A stretch of DNA of 64,000 bases, taken from NCBI GenBank assembly GCA_964016885.1, contig OZ024740.1, positions 274,970,001 to 275,034,000 on the forward strand, in the 5' to 3' direction. Both the position numbers and the translations under genes were made by a program. Below, piece after piece: positions 45,909-62,173 of this stretch (position 1 is the stretch's first letter; each line of letters begins with the position of its first letter). This stretch comes from Eledone cirrhosa. Taxonomy: Eukaryota. Below the pieces are notes generated by a model. That model was not told where the DNA came from, ran no database searches, and saw only the letters and a list, made by a program, of their open reading frames with translations.

Positions 45909-46456
45909 TTCGTATCTGAATTTGTTTAGCAAGATTCTTTATCTGAAATCGTGTGTTGAAACCGATATTGTTATACTTTGGGACGGTCATGTTGCCAATA
46001 AGAAACAAACACGCACCAGTTGCTTTCACTTCAATTTATTATAATAAATTTATAATAAATTTAAAGTTTATAAATTTCTGGTTGGTTGGTCCCACAACCA
46101 GATAGTTGTTTATATATTGTCATAGTTCTTTCGTCACACACTCTGTGACCTCTTCAGTGACTGGGGATTCCTTTCTTTGTATTTGTGCCCTCTCCTTTGT
46201 TCTGTCCCACGCCATTTTGTTTCTATGTGTGTGTTGTGTGCTTAGTCTGCGCATGCGCTACATCCGTGTGTCTGTGTGTGTTTATGTTCATTTATTTATT
46301 TGTTTATTTACATGTTACTGGTTGGTTGTTTGTTCTATGTGTGTGTGTGTTTTCATTTTGTCCTTAATTGTAAGTTGTGATGTTACTGTTCCACTCATAT
46401 TTTCTATTTAATTTTGGTTGTAATTCTTTTATGTTTATTGCCTCTGTGATTTCTCT

Positions 46457-46459
<3 letters not shown>
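45909..46459 (-). mobile_element. Second copy of the PLE family I 3' end
   Basis: EITEAINIKELQPKLNRKYEWNSNITTYN* plus 3' UTR, (TA)n on both sides. Confidence 0.85.
46119..46161 (-). ncRNA. Minimal hammerhead ribozyme (family I)
   Basis: GTCA-CTGAAGA-gGTCACA gagtg TGTGAC-GAAAG AA CTA-TGAC. Confidence 0.75.
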
Positions 46460-46531
<72 letters not shown>

Positions 46532-46911
46532 GGTGGCTGCCAACTCGTTTTCGAGTACGGCCACTACTTTATATCCGTGTAGGAGTACCCCTACCGATGT
46601 GCTGAACGAGTGTGACTTTTTAGTTCAGCCAGTGACTTGAAAACTCTGGTACAAACACTACACCTGTGACAACTATTGACACATAGTGCTGGGCCCCTGG
46701 TACCTTGTGACGACAAGTGCAGAGAGGTCTCCAGATATAAAGCAATGCCTGTGCCGTGAAGCTTTTATAGTGAGTAAAGGCAACTGCACAAAGCCAGTCC
46801 CACTCTCTTAACCAAGATGATATTTACCAAAAAGAAGAACAAGTCAACATCATTTGATACCATCAGGGTTGCAGGAGTTATATCAGAGTGTTCCTTCTCC
46901 TAGAATTCTGC

Positions 46912-49340
<2,429 letters not shown>

Positions 49341-49395
49341 TTACATTTAAGTAAGTGCCGTACTAAGAGTGAGAAATGAAATTTCGTTTCATTCT

Positions 49396-49439
<44 letters not shown>

Positions 49440-49594
49440 TATATATATACACACACACACATGTATGTGTTTAAATAGTATTACCAATGGAAATATTGTA
49501 TCATCAGTCCGATTTGACGAAATTCGATCGACGATATATATGTTTATATATATATATAGGTGTATATTTATATATATATGTATATATGTATATG

Positions 49595-49723
<129 letters not shown>

Positions 49724-49724
49724 G

Positions 49725-49771
<47 letters not shown>

Positions 49772-50155
49772 AATAGTGAGGGCCTATATATATATATATA
49801 TAATAGTGAGGGCCTTAGAATAGCTCTGACCTCGGCCTCGATAAGTATACCCAGCCATATTTCCCTCGAGAACGGAGATTCACACTTAAGGATCATAAGG
49901 TTGATTTTATTAGTAACCCCTCTGTTAGACTCATCTGTCCTTCTAGGTGTGATATAGCCATTATCAGTAAAAAAAATCCTTGACCTTATTATACCAGATG
50001 TTAGGGATAAGGTTAATTTTAACCTATAGGGGAACACTAGGGAAGTTATAGATTGGTTCTCCGGGATTAATAGACTTGAATCTAATAAGTTTATCCAATT
50101 CGATATTGATGACTACTACACATCAATTTCACCCATCCTCCTCAATAAAGCTTTA

Positions 50156-52001
50156 ATGTTGGCCATGAGAGTGTCCAGCCTTACACGATCACAGGTAGAT
50201 ATTATACTAGCAGCCCGTAAAACTATTATTAAATTTGAGGACACATTTTGGACCCGTAAAAACACGCCCAATAATTTCGACGTTACAATGGGTTCGAGTG
50301 ATTCGGCCCAGGTTACTGATCTTGTTGGGTTGTTCCTCCTTAATGAACTATACGCTACCTTCCCGCACCTTATAGGCGGACTATATCGTGATGATGCATT
50401 GTTTGTAATTAACTCTAGCACCAACAATGTAGAACATAATAAGAAGAAGCTTTATAAGTTTTTTAAAAGCTACAACCTTTCGATCACGATAGATAGAAAT
50501 GATAGAGCGGTTAACTTTTTAGATGTGACTTTGGACTTGGTCACTAATAGTTTTAAACCCTTCCATAAGCCTAATGAAATTCTTTCTTATATTAGCCCCA
50601 ATTCTAACCACCCTAAGTCTATGATAAGCTCTATAATTAAGGGTGTATCTAATAGGATTTCCACACTCTCTAAGGACATAGGAACATTTAATGAACATGC
50701 GGAGTACTACAATAATGCCCTAGCAAATTCAGGTTACTCTAGTAAAATACATTATAATAATAGTAACCTTAGAAAGTCTCCGCTTACTTTTAACAATAAT
50801 AACATAATATCACATAACATGGCCATGAATGGGAGTAGCAAATATAGTAACCGTAACATTTATATAGGTGTATCCGAACCCATCCATAAGTTAACCCACC
50901 GGACTCGTAATAGCAAATATAATACCTCTAGGAAACAAGTTGAACCCCCTGTGCGCTCACACATTGGTGATGGTTTTGCTGGATCTTATTCTAATAATGT
51001 TGCTCCTACTGATCCTATCATTGGCCCTAATCCTTTTGAAGGGATTCCGGACAGCAGCAGATCTACTGGAGGTAGAAACTATAATAGACATAACGAAATT
51101 ATGGCTGATTCTATGAATGTGGCTTTAACTAATCCTTGTAGTAACCCTAGTCTCGATGGTGGGACATTTGATAAAGGTATGGTCGGTAAGAATAAAAATA
51201 GAAGGCGATTAAATACTTATTTTAACCCGCCATATAATCAGGATGTATCAACTAATATCCCTAGGTCTTTCTTCACTATCTTAGAGAAAAATTTCCCCCC
51301 TTCTCACAAATACCATAGTATTTTTAATAAAAATGTTATTAAACTCTCATTCTCTACCCCCCCCCCCCCCTAATATTAGTTCTCATTTAGCTAGCACTAA
51401 TAATAGGAAAATTAGGGATGGATTCTCCTCTCTACATACTACTAGTCTGAACAGATCTGACAATGCTTTACCACCAGAACAGTCCTTATCTAATAGCAAT
51501 CCTACGTGTAATACATCACCACTCGAGCCAACCAATAACACCCGGAAGTGCAATTGTAGAGTGAGTGCTAACTGCCCTTTAAACGGTAACTGCCTTTCTA
51601 AGAACATTGTCTACGCTTGCGAAGTTATAACTAATTCCTCTAATAGAACTTATATAGGATCTACATCAAACACTTTTAAGACTAGGTTTAACTCTCATAT
51701 CTCTAACTTCAAACATGTTAAGTTTAAGAATTCTACTTCTTTAGCACATTATATCTGGGATCTTAAGGGAGCTTATATACCATATAGCCTTAACTGGCGT
51801 TTAGTAGTACGCTCTAACCACCTTTCTACACATACTAAGTTTTGTAATCTCTGTATCCTTGAGACACACTCTATAATTTTCTCTAGCGTATCCTTACTTA
51901 ATAGAAAGTCTGAGATATTCTCTTCTTGCCCCCACGCTATTTCTAATTCTTACTTTTATTATAAACCCAAACGTTCTAGTAGTACAAATTGTACCCATTA
52001 G
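50156..52001 (+). pseudogene. PLE RT-GIY-YIG polyprotein, frameshifted at poly-C 51357-51370
   Basis: FDVTMGS, GGLYRDD, NFLDV, SNHP, CNCx5Cx5C linker, NIVY...YIGST...FKTRFNSH, CNLC; FIQFDI lies upstream with stops. Confidence 0.93.
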
Positions 52002-53858
52002 CAGATATATTCCATTACTTATTTTTTAGTTTAGGTTCTTTTGTTTGCCAACATTATTATTATCATCATTATTATCATTGGTTTTTGATGACTCTTTATT
52101 CTAGCTCTCATAATCATTTGGCTACTGTACCATATCTGTCTTCTTACGCATTAAATTTTCACTATTACACCTTGTGAATATATATAAGATTACATACTTT
52201 ACGCTATTTACTTTATTTTATTATTATTTTCATTTTTATTTTTATTTTTATTTTTATTTTTATTTTTATTTTTATTTTTATTTTTATTTTTATTTTTATT
52301 TTTAATTTTATTTTTATTTTTATTCAGATTCATCTTTGGATACCCCCCTCCCCCCCATGCGCACATAAACTTATTGTCAACCCCTCCAAATTGACTATGA
52401 TTATATTTAACCCCTCCCCACTTTTACACTCCGTTCTATTATTTATTATAGTATATCGACTATATTTTATGCCCCTTTGCACCCTCCATATATTTCTTCA
52501 ATTCTGTCCCCATTAGCCTACCTTAATTCTACTTAAGTCAGTTTTTTAGATATCGTTATGTATATGATAGTAAAAAATTGCAATCCTTTTTGTAAACATT
52601 TGTAACGAAACATTAAAGTTTATAAACTTGAATGACTTAAACTATAGCTAATATTATACTACCTTATTGGATAGTTTAAATATTTTTAATATTAATTTAT
52701 CAAATAGGGTTTTCAAGTCATTTACAGGGATTGTTTTCCTTAGTTTTTACTTAACTACTTAACCGCATGTGAGACCTAAATGTATATGTTTGTTTTTGTT
52801 TTGTAATTTCCGGTTGATTATATTTATTTATTTTATTCAATATTTTATATTCTATATTTTATTTGAAATACTACTGGGCATTATATTTACTATTTACTAT
52901 TCACTGTCTGGCACTTACTTACACATCCACATATGTCTGTCTACTAACCTTGTAATTATAAGTAATTATATATTATATTATGTCATTTTATTTTATATAA
53001 TATATTATATTATATTGTATTGTAATATTGATCCTTATTACTTACTGTTCATTATATGTAACATTATGATATTTAAACTTTATATATCATGTAAGATGTT
53101 TGTATTTTTCTGTACCATCATAATGTTTTTTGAGTATTGTATAATTTATTTTTCCTCATTTACTCTGTAACCCAGTATGAATCGATTTGTTTACTTGAGT
53201 ACCATTATATATTGTTTATTGTAAATGTTAGTACATTGTTAATATATTATTATTATATTATTATTGTGACATCTATATTGTTTGTGTAAATTAACCGGGG
53301 ATCATCTATTATATTGAATTATATAATTGTATTGTTTATTATTTAGTATATGTGTTTCTTGTAATTATATCATATTATTACCTCATGTATATTGGGTAGA
53401 TGTATTGGTATTATTATTATTATTATTTTCACTCTTATCATGCTTATTTTATATTCAAACTCCTAATAAGGTTTAATTTGTGTAGTTCAAGATAGATGTG
53501 CGTATTGTTGTATGTGTGTGTGTGTGTGCGTGTGCGCACATATATACATGTGCATATTGTACCTTTTGATTTTTATTGTAATTTTAATGTTGGTAAGGTA
53601 TATTATTATAATGTATTATATTATATTTCATTGTGTTATATATAATTCCTGCTCTATATAACCACCTTTGTTTAGCTCTAGGTTATTTGCTTTGGACTAT
53701 ATTTGTAATATGGTTCTTAATGTTATATACATCCTTAGTTATTCTTATTATATATTATTATTATTTTTATTATATATTTTTGCAAGACTTTAGTGTATGT
53801 ACACTCCATATTCTTCAGAGCTTCCGGCTTGTATCTGTCGATATTACTTCTTGTTGTT

Positions 53859-53909
53859 TTAATTGCCCTGATGAGTCCTTAATAGGACGAAACATTGTCG
53901 GCTAATTAA
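53859..53909 (+). ncRNA. Hammerhead ribozyme of PLE 1
   Basis: AATTGCC-CTGATGA-GTCCT taat AGGAC-GAAAC ATT GTC-GGCTAATT; canonical core and GUC site. Confidence 0.9.
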
Positions 53910-54118
53910 TACTTTTGATGTATTAAAGGCTTCTTTGTTTTACTCTCTTAATTTTTCGGCTCTGTTTAACTGCATTGAGCTATACCTTTTACTGTCATTT
54001 CTATAGTACGAAGAGGGTGTTTAACTCCAACACGCTCCAGTATTTTAATCCTTCCTTATATATATGTATATATATATATATATGTATATATATGTATATG
54101 TATATATATATGTATATG

Positions 54119-54193
<75 letters not shown>

Positions 54194-54370
54194 GTATATA
54201 TATGTATATGTACGTATATGTATATATATGTATATGTATATATATGTATATATATGTATATGTATATATATGTATATGTATATATATGTATATATATATA
54301 TATGTATATATATGTATATATATATATATATGTATATATATGTATATATATAGATATGTATATATATATG

Positions 54371-54420
<50 letters not shown>

Positions 54421-54449
54421 CATATATATATATATACATATATATATAC

Positions 54450-54482
<33 letters not shown>

Positions 54483-54565
54483 CATATATATATGTATATA
54501 TATATGTGTGTATATATAGATACATATATATATACATATATATATATATACATATATATATATTC

Positions 54566-54598
<33 letters not shown>

Positions 54599-54647
54599 CA
54601 TATATATATACATATATATATACATATATATACATATATATATATAC

Positions 54648-54772
<125 letters not shown>

Positions 54773-54783
54773 CATATATATAC

Positions 54784-54814
<31 letters not shown>

Positions 54815-55257
54815 CATATATATACATATATATATATATACATATATATACATATACATATATATACATATATATACATATACATATACATATATATACA
54901 TATATATATACATATATATACATATACATATACATATACATATATATACATATATATATGATAATAAGGGCGCTGCGGAGTTGCAAATGGGTTACATATG
55001 AAAATAGTTTGTCCTTCATCAGTGATCTTCCAACTATCATAGGTATTTCATCGCTTTAAAGACCATATACCTCCGGTTGGTGCGAGCAACGACTAAAAAA
55101 AGTCGTTGGGACACGTAAATAAAGGGGACGCGAGGGTAAACAAACAAAATGGTGAGGCAACAGAAAGTGAGGAAGGAGGAAACAAGTCCCAGATTTCTAT
55201 GAATTTAAGTTCGGTGAAATCGTATATATACATATACATACATATACATATATATAC

Positions 55258-55421
<164 letters not shown>

Positions 55422-55447
55422 ATATATATATATATACATATATATAC

Positions 55448-55495
<48 letters not shown>

Positions 55496-55498
<3 letters not shown>

Positions 55499-58400
55499 GG
55501 AGGTGAGTTTTATTGTAGTACAATAAAGCAATGCAGATATCGGATAAGAAGCACTCTACAGTTTGTGGGACTGGAGTATGCATAATATAAGATCAAAAGA
55601 TGGTTAAAGGAGTTCCATATATTTTATTATGCGCATTTCAAAAACAAACATCATCAAACAATAATATTTGCGTTTTCATCAGATAAAACAGGAGAACATG
55701 ATATGAAGGCTAAAAAACACTTGTTGATAGTGCAGTTTTAAATCAACATATGAAAAGTGGTTTTAGATTGATGTGTGATATTGGGAAAAATATTTTATTT
55801 AGAGAGGGAGGGGAGAAAAGGATGAAAAGGGAAGGAGATGAGAGGGAGAGATGGGTGATAGAGAGAAAGAGATAGTTTTTATAACTGAGAGGAGATATAT
55901 TTTATATAGAGGGGTTGAAAACCGTTGGAAGATACTGTATGAATTAAAAATTTTGAAAATTAACGAAGGGAGGATATGTGCGAGGAAAAAATATTTTATT
56001 TAGGGAGGGGGGGGTGGAAAGGATGAAAGAAAGGGGAGGAGATGAGAGTGAAGGTGGAAAGGGAGAGATGGGTGATAGAGAGAAAGAGATAGTTTTTATA
56101 ACTGAGAAAAAGATATAATGTTTTAATATAGAGAGGTTGGGAACCGTTGGAAGATAATGTATAAATTAAAGGAATTTGAAAATTAACGAAGGGAAATTAT
56201 GTATGAAGATAGAGAGAAAAAAATAATAATTGTGGGTGAATATTCTAACGTCAATTTCAAAATTAGCAAAGAGAAAAAAAGTTTATGTGTAGAAGGATTT
56301 GAGAAAAATAATGTGAAGTTAAAGTTTGTATATTGAATTCATATGTATTAATAATGAGTTCGCTGATGGGGAGAAAAAAATAATAATAAATTAAGGATGA
56401 AATTGAGATTAAAAAGATTTATGATAGAGAGAAAATAATAATGATTGCGGATGAATACTCAAAATGTCAAAAACAAATGTTATTGTTTTACGAGAAGATA
56501 GAATGAGGGTAATGAGTAAACGAGTATTATAGAGTGTATAATGCCCTTTAAAGTAAGGTAGATGGGTATATTTTAAAGAATATATGAGTATATATTAAAA
56601 AAAAATATAATAATAAATTAAGGATGAAATTGAGATTAAAAAGATTTATGATAGAGAGAAAAAATAATAATGATTGCGGATGAATATTCAAAGTGTCAAA
56701 AACAAATGTTATTGTTTTATGAGAAGATAGAATGAGGGTAATGAGTAAACGAGTATTATAGAGTGTATAATGCCCTTTAAAGTAAGGTAGATGGGTATAT
56801 TTTAAAGAGGTGTATGTATATGTGCCTTTGAGAAAAGATTCTAAATTGATAAAGAATTGAATATTAACTGTATACTTTGTGAAAAGTTCTATGGAATTTA
56901 TGCAGGCAGATAGAAAACAAATCTGAGCGTCTATTTATTATGGATTCTAGGTTAGAGATAATGGTAAATTTTTCATTTAGGCAGAGATTACAGATTTTAG
57001 ATAGAGAGCTGTTCAAGTATGAGGATGCAGAAGAAATCTTTTTCCAAAAGATGTTATATTTAATGTTTTTGTCTTTTAAGGACCATATGAGTTCTGAGAG
57101 AGCAGTGTTAGTTCTTTTAAGTTTGTATTTGAAAGATGAATGATGATTATAGAGACGAGCTTTAAAAGAGGTGGAAGTGGAGCCAAAATAGGTGAAGGAA
57201 TTGGTGCTAGTTATAATTTTACATTCATAAATTAAGTTTTTATCGAGGCAATGGTTGTTGAGAGGACATTTATTTTTAATGCGGCAGTTGCAATTAGAGA
57301 GATTATTAATGAGTGATCTAGTGTTATCTATAGAAGGAATTGGATTGGAGAAGTTGTTTGCGATAGGAATAATAGGAATAATAGTTTCTTGATTTAGAGT
57401 TGGATTATGAACATTTAGCGAAGTTGTGTTTGACGTTGCATTTGGGTTTACAGAAGTTAGCCTAGGGTTTACAATGACGTCAGGAGTACTATTACTGTTA
57501 TTATGAAATTCAATATTGGAAGGAAGAGATTTAGTATTTAATATTTTGTTGTTGTGTTTAGAGATGATGTTGGAAATATTGGAGGATGTAGAATACGAAA
57601 ATTTGATGGTGTGTTTGTTAAATATTTTACTATAGATATGTGAGGGAGGGAAGCATTTATTTAAGGCACTAAAAAATAATTTAGGAATATTGTTATTAAT
57701 AGAGATGGAGAAAGGAGCATTATACCAGATTATGTTTTTGTATCTAGGTCTTTTATTAAAATTATTGGAATGGTTATGATTAAATATTCTACTGTAAGTT
57801 TTCCTAGAATTTGTTTCTTTATTATATTTGATTTTATCTGGATAGCCGGCTTTAGAAAGTGCGTTATTATAGTAATTGGCGTTAGCATCAAAGATGTTTT
57901 TATTAGAAGATATGTTAGATATTCTATTTCCAATATTATTAACTATAGCATTCTTGATATTGGTAGGATGGTTAGATTTAAAGTTAACATAATTAAGATT
58001 CTCATTGTTTTTATGGTAAGGGTAATATAGGCCAGTGTCAAGATTAAGAGATACATCCAAGAAATTAGCTAGTTTGATACTATTATCAAATTCAATTTTT
58101 AGGTTATGTTGGTTAAAGAGATTACGTATATTGTTCTTAATAATATTAAGTTTAACTATATTGCAATTTAGGATAGTAAAGAGTCCATCGTCGCGATAAA
58201 TTCCACCGCGAAGTTGAGGAATTTTCCGACTCAAAGAGTTCAAAATGAAGATACCAATTAAATCAGTCAATTGGGATGAATCGGATGCTCCCATTGTGAT
58301 GTCGAAGTTGTTAGAGGTATCGGCTCTGGTCCAATATTCGTTGTTGAACTCTAGGATGGTTTTACGTGCGGTGAGGATGATGTGAAGTTCATCTGTGGTG

Positions 58401-58748
58401 ATGTCAGAATATTTAAGTGCGAAAGATAGAGCATTATTGAGAAGTGAAGCCGAAATGGAGGAATAGTAGCTGGCAATATCGAATTGAATAAATTTTAGTT
58501 TGTTTTTATTATCCAATTTGTTGAACCAGCCAATCACTTCAGAAGTACCAAACCATAAATTTAGGTTTAAAGAAGAGCAATTAGAACTAACCTGTGGGAT
58601 AATCCTATCCAAGATGGCTTTACTAACAACCCCCAGATCAGATTTAGAGGGGGCGATTAATCTAACAGGTAGTTCAGTGCGAAAATTGTTTTTGTGATCC
58701 TTGAGATTTATCCTCGGAGTTCTTGGGAGGAATGGTTCTGTCTTTTTT
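55496..58748 (-). mobile_element. Penelope-like element 2, left (longer) copy
   Basis: ORF, 3' UTR with ~230-bp and ~200-bp internal duplications, HHR, 3' end in (TA)n. Confidence 0.95.
55620..55690 (-). ncRNA. Hammerhead ribozyme of PLE 2 (left arm)
   Basis: Mirror of 61458-61528. Confidence 0.8.
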
Positions 58749-58753
58749 ACCAC
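56864..58753 (-). CDS. PLE reverse transcriptase + GIY-YIG endonuclease, open but 5'-truncated
   Basis: KDHK, VRLIAP, FIQFDIASYYSSI, FDITMGA, GGIYRDD, NFLDV, CNCx5Cx5C, NLIY...YFGST, CNLC. Confidence 0.95.
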   Translation of the reverse strand: MVKKTEPFLPRTPRINLKDHKNNFRTELPVRLIAPSKSDLGVVSKAILDRIIPQVSSNCSSLNLNLWFGTSEVIGWFNKLDNKNKLKFIQFDIASYYSSISASLLNNALSFALKYSDITTDELHIILTARKTILEFNNEYWTRADTSNNFDITMGASDSSQLTDLIGIFILNSLSRKIPQLRGGIYRDDGLFTILNCNIVKLNIIKNNIRNLFNQHNLKIEFDNSIKLANFLDVSLNLDTGLYYPYHKNNENLNYVNFKSNHPTNIKNAIVNNIGNRISNISSNKNIFDANANYYNNALSKAGYPDKIKYNKETNSRKTYSRIFNHNHSNNFNKRPRYKNIIWYNAPFSISINNNIPKLFFSALNKCFPPSHIYSKIFNKHTIKFSYSTSSNISNIISKHNNKILNTKSLPSNIEFHNNSNSTPDVIVNPRLTSVNPNATSNTTSLNVHNPTLNQETIIPIIPIANNFSNPIPSIDNTRSLINNLSNCNCRIKNKCPLNNHCLDKNLIYECKIITSTNSFTYFGSTSTSFKARLYNHHSSFKYKLKRTNTALSELIWSLKDKNIKYNIFWKKISSASSYLNSSLSKICNLCLNEKFTIISNLESIINRRSDLFSICLHKFHRTFHKVYS

Positions 58754-60284
58754 AGATGAACTTCACATCATCCTCACCGCACGTAAAACCATCCTAGAGT
58801 TCAACAACGAATATTGGACCAGAGCCGATACCTCTAACAACTTCGACATCACAATGGGAGCATCCGATTCATCCCAATTGACTGATTTAATTGGTATCTT
58901 CATTTTGAACTCTTTGAGTCGGAAAATTCCTCAACTTCGCGGTGGAATTTATCGTGACGATGGACTCTTTACTATCCTAAATTGCAATATAGTTAAACTT
59001 AATATTATTAAGAACAATATACGTAATCTCTTTAACCAACATAACCTAAAAATTGAATTTGATAATAGTATCAAACTAGCTAATTTCTTGGATGTATCTC
59101 TTAATCTTGACACTGGCCTATATTACCCTTACCATAAAAACAATGAGAATCTTAATTATGTTAACTTTAAATCTAACCATCCTACCAATATCAAGAATGC
59201 TATAGTTAATAATATTGGAAATAGAATATCTAACATATCTTCTAATAAAAACATCTTTGATGCTAACGCCAATTACTATAATAACGCACTTTCTAAAGCC
59301 GGCTATCCAGATAAAATCAAATATAATAAAGAAACAAATTCTAGGAAAACTTACAGTAGAATATTTAATCATAACCATTCCAATAATTTTAATAAAAAAC
59401 CTAGATACAAAAACATAATCTGGTATAATGCTCCTTTCTCCATCTCTATTAATAACAATATTCCTAAATTATTTTTTAGTGCCTTAAATAAATGCTTCCC
59501 TCCCTCACATATCTATAGTAAAATATTTAACAAACACACCATCAAATTTTCGTATTCTACATCCTCCAATATTTCCAACATCATCTCTAAACACAACAAC
59601 AAAATATTAAATACTAAATCTCTTCCTTCCAATATTGAATTTCATAATAACAGTAATAGTACTCCTGACGTCATTGTAAACCCTAGGCTAACTTCTGTAA
59701 ACCCAAATGCAACGTCAAACACAACTTCGCTAAATGTTCATAATCCAACTCTAAATCAAGAAACTATTATTCCTATTATTCCTATCGCAAACAACTTCTC
59801 CAATCCAATTCCTTCTATAGATAACACTAGATCACTCATTAATAATCTCTCTAATTGCAACTGCCGCATTAAAAATAAATGTCCTCTCAACAACCATTGC
59901 CTCGATAAAAACTTAATTTATGAATGTAAAATTATAACTAGCACCAATTCCTTCACCTATTTTGGCTCCACTTCCACCTCTTTTAAAGCTCGTCTCTATA
60001 ATCATCATTCATCTTTCAAATACAAACTTAAAAGAACTAACACTTCTCTCTCAGAACTCATATGGTCCTTAAAAGACAAAAACATTAAATATAACATCTT
60101 TTGGAAAAAGATTTCTTCTGCATCCTCATACTTGAACAGCTCTCTATCTAAAATCTGTAATCTCTGCCTAAATGAAAAATTTACCATTATCTCTAACCTA
60201 GAATCCATAATAAATAGACGCTCAGATTTGTTTTCTATCTGCCTGCATAAATTCCATAGAACTTTTCACAAAGTATACAGTTAA
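58749..60284 (+). CDS. Partial PLE RT + GIY-YIG (inverted copy)
   Basis: Identical to the left ORF from TTDELH onward except R>K and A>S; the listed start at 58701 is antisense spacer. Confidence 0.9.
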   Translation, partial: TTDELHIILTARKTILEFNNEYWTRADTSNNFDITMGASDSSQLTDLIGIFILNSLSRKIPQLRGGIYRDDGLFTILNCNIVKLNIIKNNIRNLFNQHNLKIEFDNSIKLANFLDVSLNLDTGLYYPYHKNNENLNYVNFKSNHPTNIKNAIVNNIGNRISNISSNKNIFDANANYYNNALSKAGYPDKIKYNKETNSRKTYSRIFNHNHSNNFNKKPRYKNIIWYNAPFSISINNNIPKLFFSALNKCFPPSHIYSKIFNKHTIKFSYSTSSNISNIISKHNNKILNTKSLPSNIEFHNNSNSTPDVIVNPRLTSVNPNATSNTTSLNVHNPTLNQETIIPIIPIANNFSNPIPSIDNTRSLINNLSNCNCRIKNKCPLNNHCLDKNLIYECKIITSTNSFTYFGSTSTSFKARLYNHHSSFKYKLKRTNTSLSELIWSLKDKNIKYNIFWKKISSASSYLNSSLSKICNLCLNEKFTIISNLESIINRRSDLFSICLHKFHRTFHKVYS

Positions 60285-61457
60285 TATTCAATTCTTTATC
60301 AATTTAGAATCTTTTCTCAAAGGCACATATACATACACCTCTTTAAAATATACCCATCTACCTTACTTTAAAGGGCATTATACACTCTATAATACTCGTT
60401 TACTCATTACCCTCATTCTATCTTCTCGTAAAACAATAACATTTGTTTTTGACACTTTGAATATTCATCCGCAATCATTATTATTTTTTCTCTCTATCAT
60501 AAATCTTTTTAATCTCAATTTCATCCTTAATTTATTATTATATTTTTTTTTAATATATACTCATATATTCTTTAAAATATACCCATCTACCTTACTTTAA
60601 AGGGCATTATACACTCTATAATACTCGTTTACTCATTACCCTCATTCTATCTTCTCGTAAAACAATAACATTTGTTTTTGACATTTTGAGTATTCATCCG
60701 CAATCATTATTATTTTCTCTCTATCATAAATCTTTTTAATCTCAATTTCATCCTTAATTTATTATTATTTTTTTCTCCCCATCAGCGAACTCATTATTAA
60801 TACATATGAATTCAATATACAAACTTTAACTTCACATTATTTTTCTCAAATCCTTCTACACATAAACTTTTTTTCTCTTTGCTAATTTTGAAATTGACGT
60901 TAGAATATTCACCCACAATTATTATTTTTTTCTCTCTATCTTCATACATAATTTCCCTTCGTTAATTTTCAAATTCCTTTAATTTATACATTATCTTCCA
61001 ACGGTTCCCAACCTCTCTATATTAAAACATTATATCTTTTTCTCAGTTATAAAAACTATCTCTTTCTCTCTATCACCCATCTCTCCCTTTCCACCTTCAC
61101 TCTCATCTCCTCCCCTTTCTTTCATCCTTTCCAACCCCCCCCTCCCTAAATAAAATATTTTTTCCTCGCACATATCCTCCCTTCGTTAATTTTCAAAATT
61201 TTTAATTCATACAGTATCTTCCAACGGTTTTCAACCCCTCTATATAAAATATATCTCCTCTCAGTTATAAAAACTATCTCTTTCTCTCTATCACCCATCT
61301 CTCCCTCTCATCTCCTTCCCTTTTCATCCTTTTCTCCCCCCCTCTCTAAATAAAATATTTTTCCCAATATCACACATCAATCTAAAACCACTTTTCATAT
61401 GTTGATTTAAAACTGCACTATCAACAAGTGTTTTTTAGCCTTCATGTCATGTTCTCC

Positions 61458-61528
61458 TGTTTTATCTGATGAAAACGCAAATATTATTGTTTGATGATGT
61501 TTGTTTTTGAAATGCGCATAATAAAATA
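61458..61528 (+). ncRNA. Hammerhead ribozyme of PLE 2 (right arm)
   Basis: TGTTTTAT-CTGATGA-AAAcGCAAATATTA...TGATGTTTGTTTTT-GAAA-TGCGCA-TA-ATAAAATA; 8-bp stem I, palindromic stem III. Confidence 0.8.
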
Positions 61529-61558
61529 TATGGAACTCCTTTAACCATCTTTTGATCT

Positions 61559-61623
<65 letters not shown>

Positions 61624-61766
61624 CATATACATATATACATATATATATAAATATACACATATATATATATATAAACATATATATCGTCAATCGAATTTCG
61701 TCAAATCGGACTGATGATACAATATTTCCATTGGTAATACTATCTAAACACATACATGTGTGTGTG

Positions 61767-61839
<73 letters not shown>

Positions 61840-62130
61840 AGATATATAGAATAGAATGAAACGAAATTTCATTTCTCACTCTTAGATCGGCACTTACTTA
61901 AATGTAAGTAAGTATGTATATATACGTACATAAATATATGTATACAGACGTACAGTAGTATGTATCTATATACACACATTCACACATATATATATATATA
62001 TGCACGTATCGGTTTACCGAACATTTATTATAATGCTCGGTTTGTTTGTTTGTAAACAAACAAACAGTCCGAATTACGCCGTACAGTGTTTAGGCAACCA
62101 CGTCACTTTTTTGTCAACACTGACACAGGA

Positions 62131-62173
62131 ACGATGTACTAGTTTCAAGCTTATTAGCTATCGTCAGCATCGT
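62131..62173 (-). ncRNA. Minimal hammerhead ribozyme (family J)
   Basis: ACGATG-CTGACGA-tAGCT aata AGCTt-GAAACTAGTA-CATCGT. Confidence 0.88.

Larger units (their letters stand above)
49770..54058 (+). mobile_element. Penelope-like element 1, 5'-truncated, in (TA)n
   Basis: RT + GIY-YIG ORFs, ~2-kb AT-rich 3' UTR, HHR near the 3' end. Confidence 0.93.
58749..61566 (+). mobile_element. Penelope-like element 2, right inverted copy
   Basis: Reverse complement of 55582-58399 with only a few substitutions. Confidence 0.95.

Noticed and set aside
54990-55030. CTGATGA on the minus strand (also plus strand at ~61711)
   Set aside because: No properly placed GAAA or stems, so not called a ribozyme
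58701-58748. Apparent N-terminus of the 527-aa ORF
   Set aside because: Antisense of the left copy read through the inversion junction, not a real start
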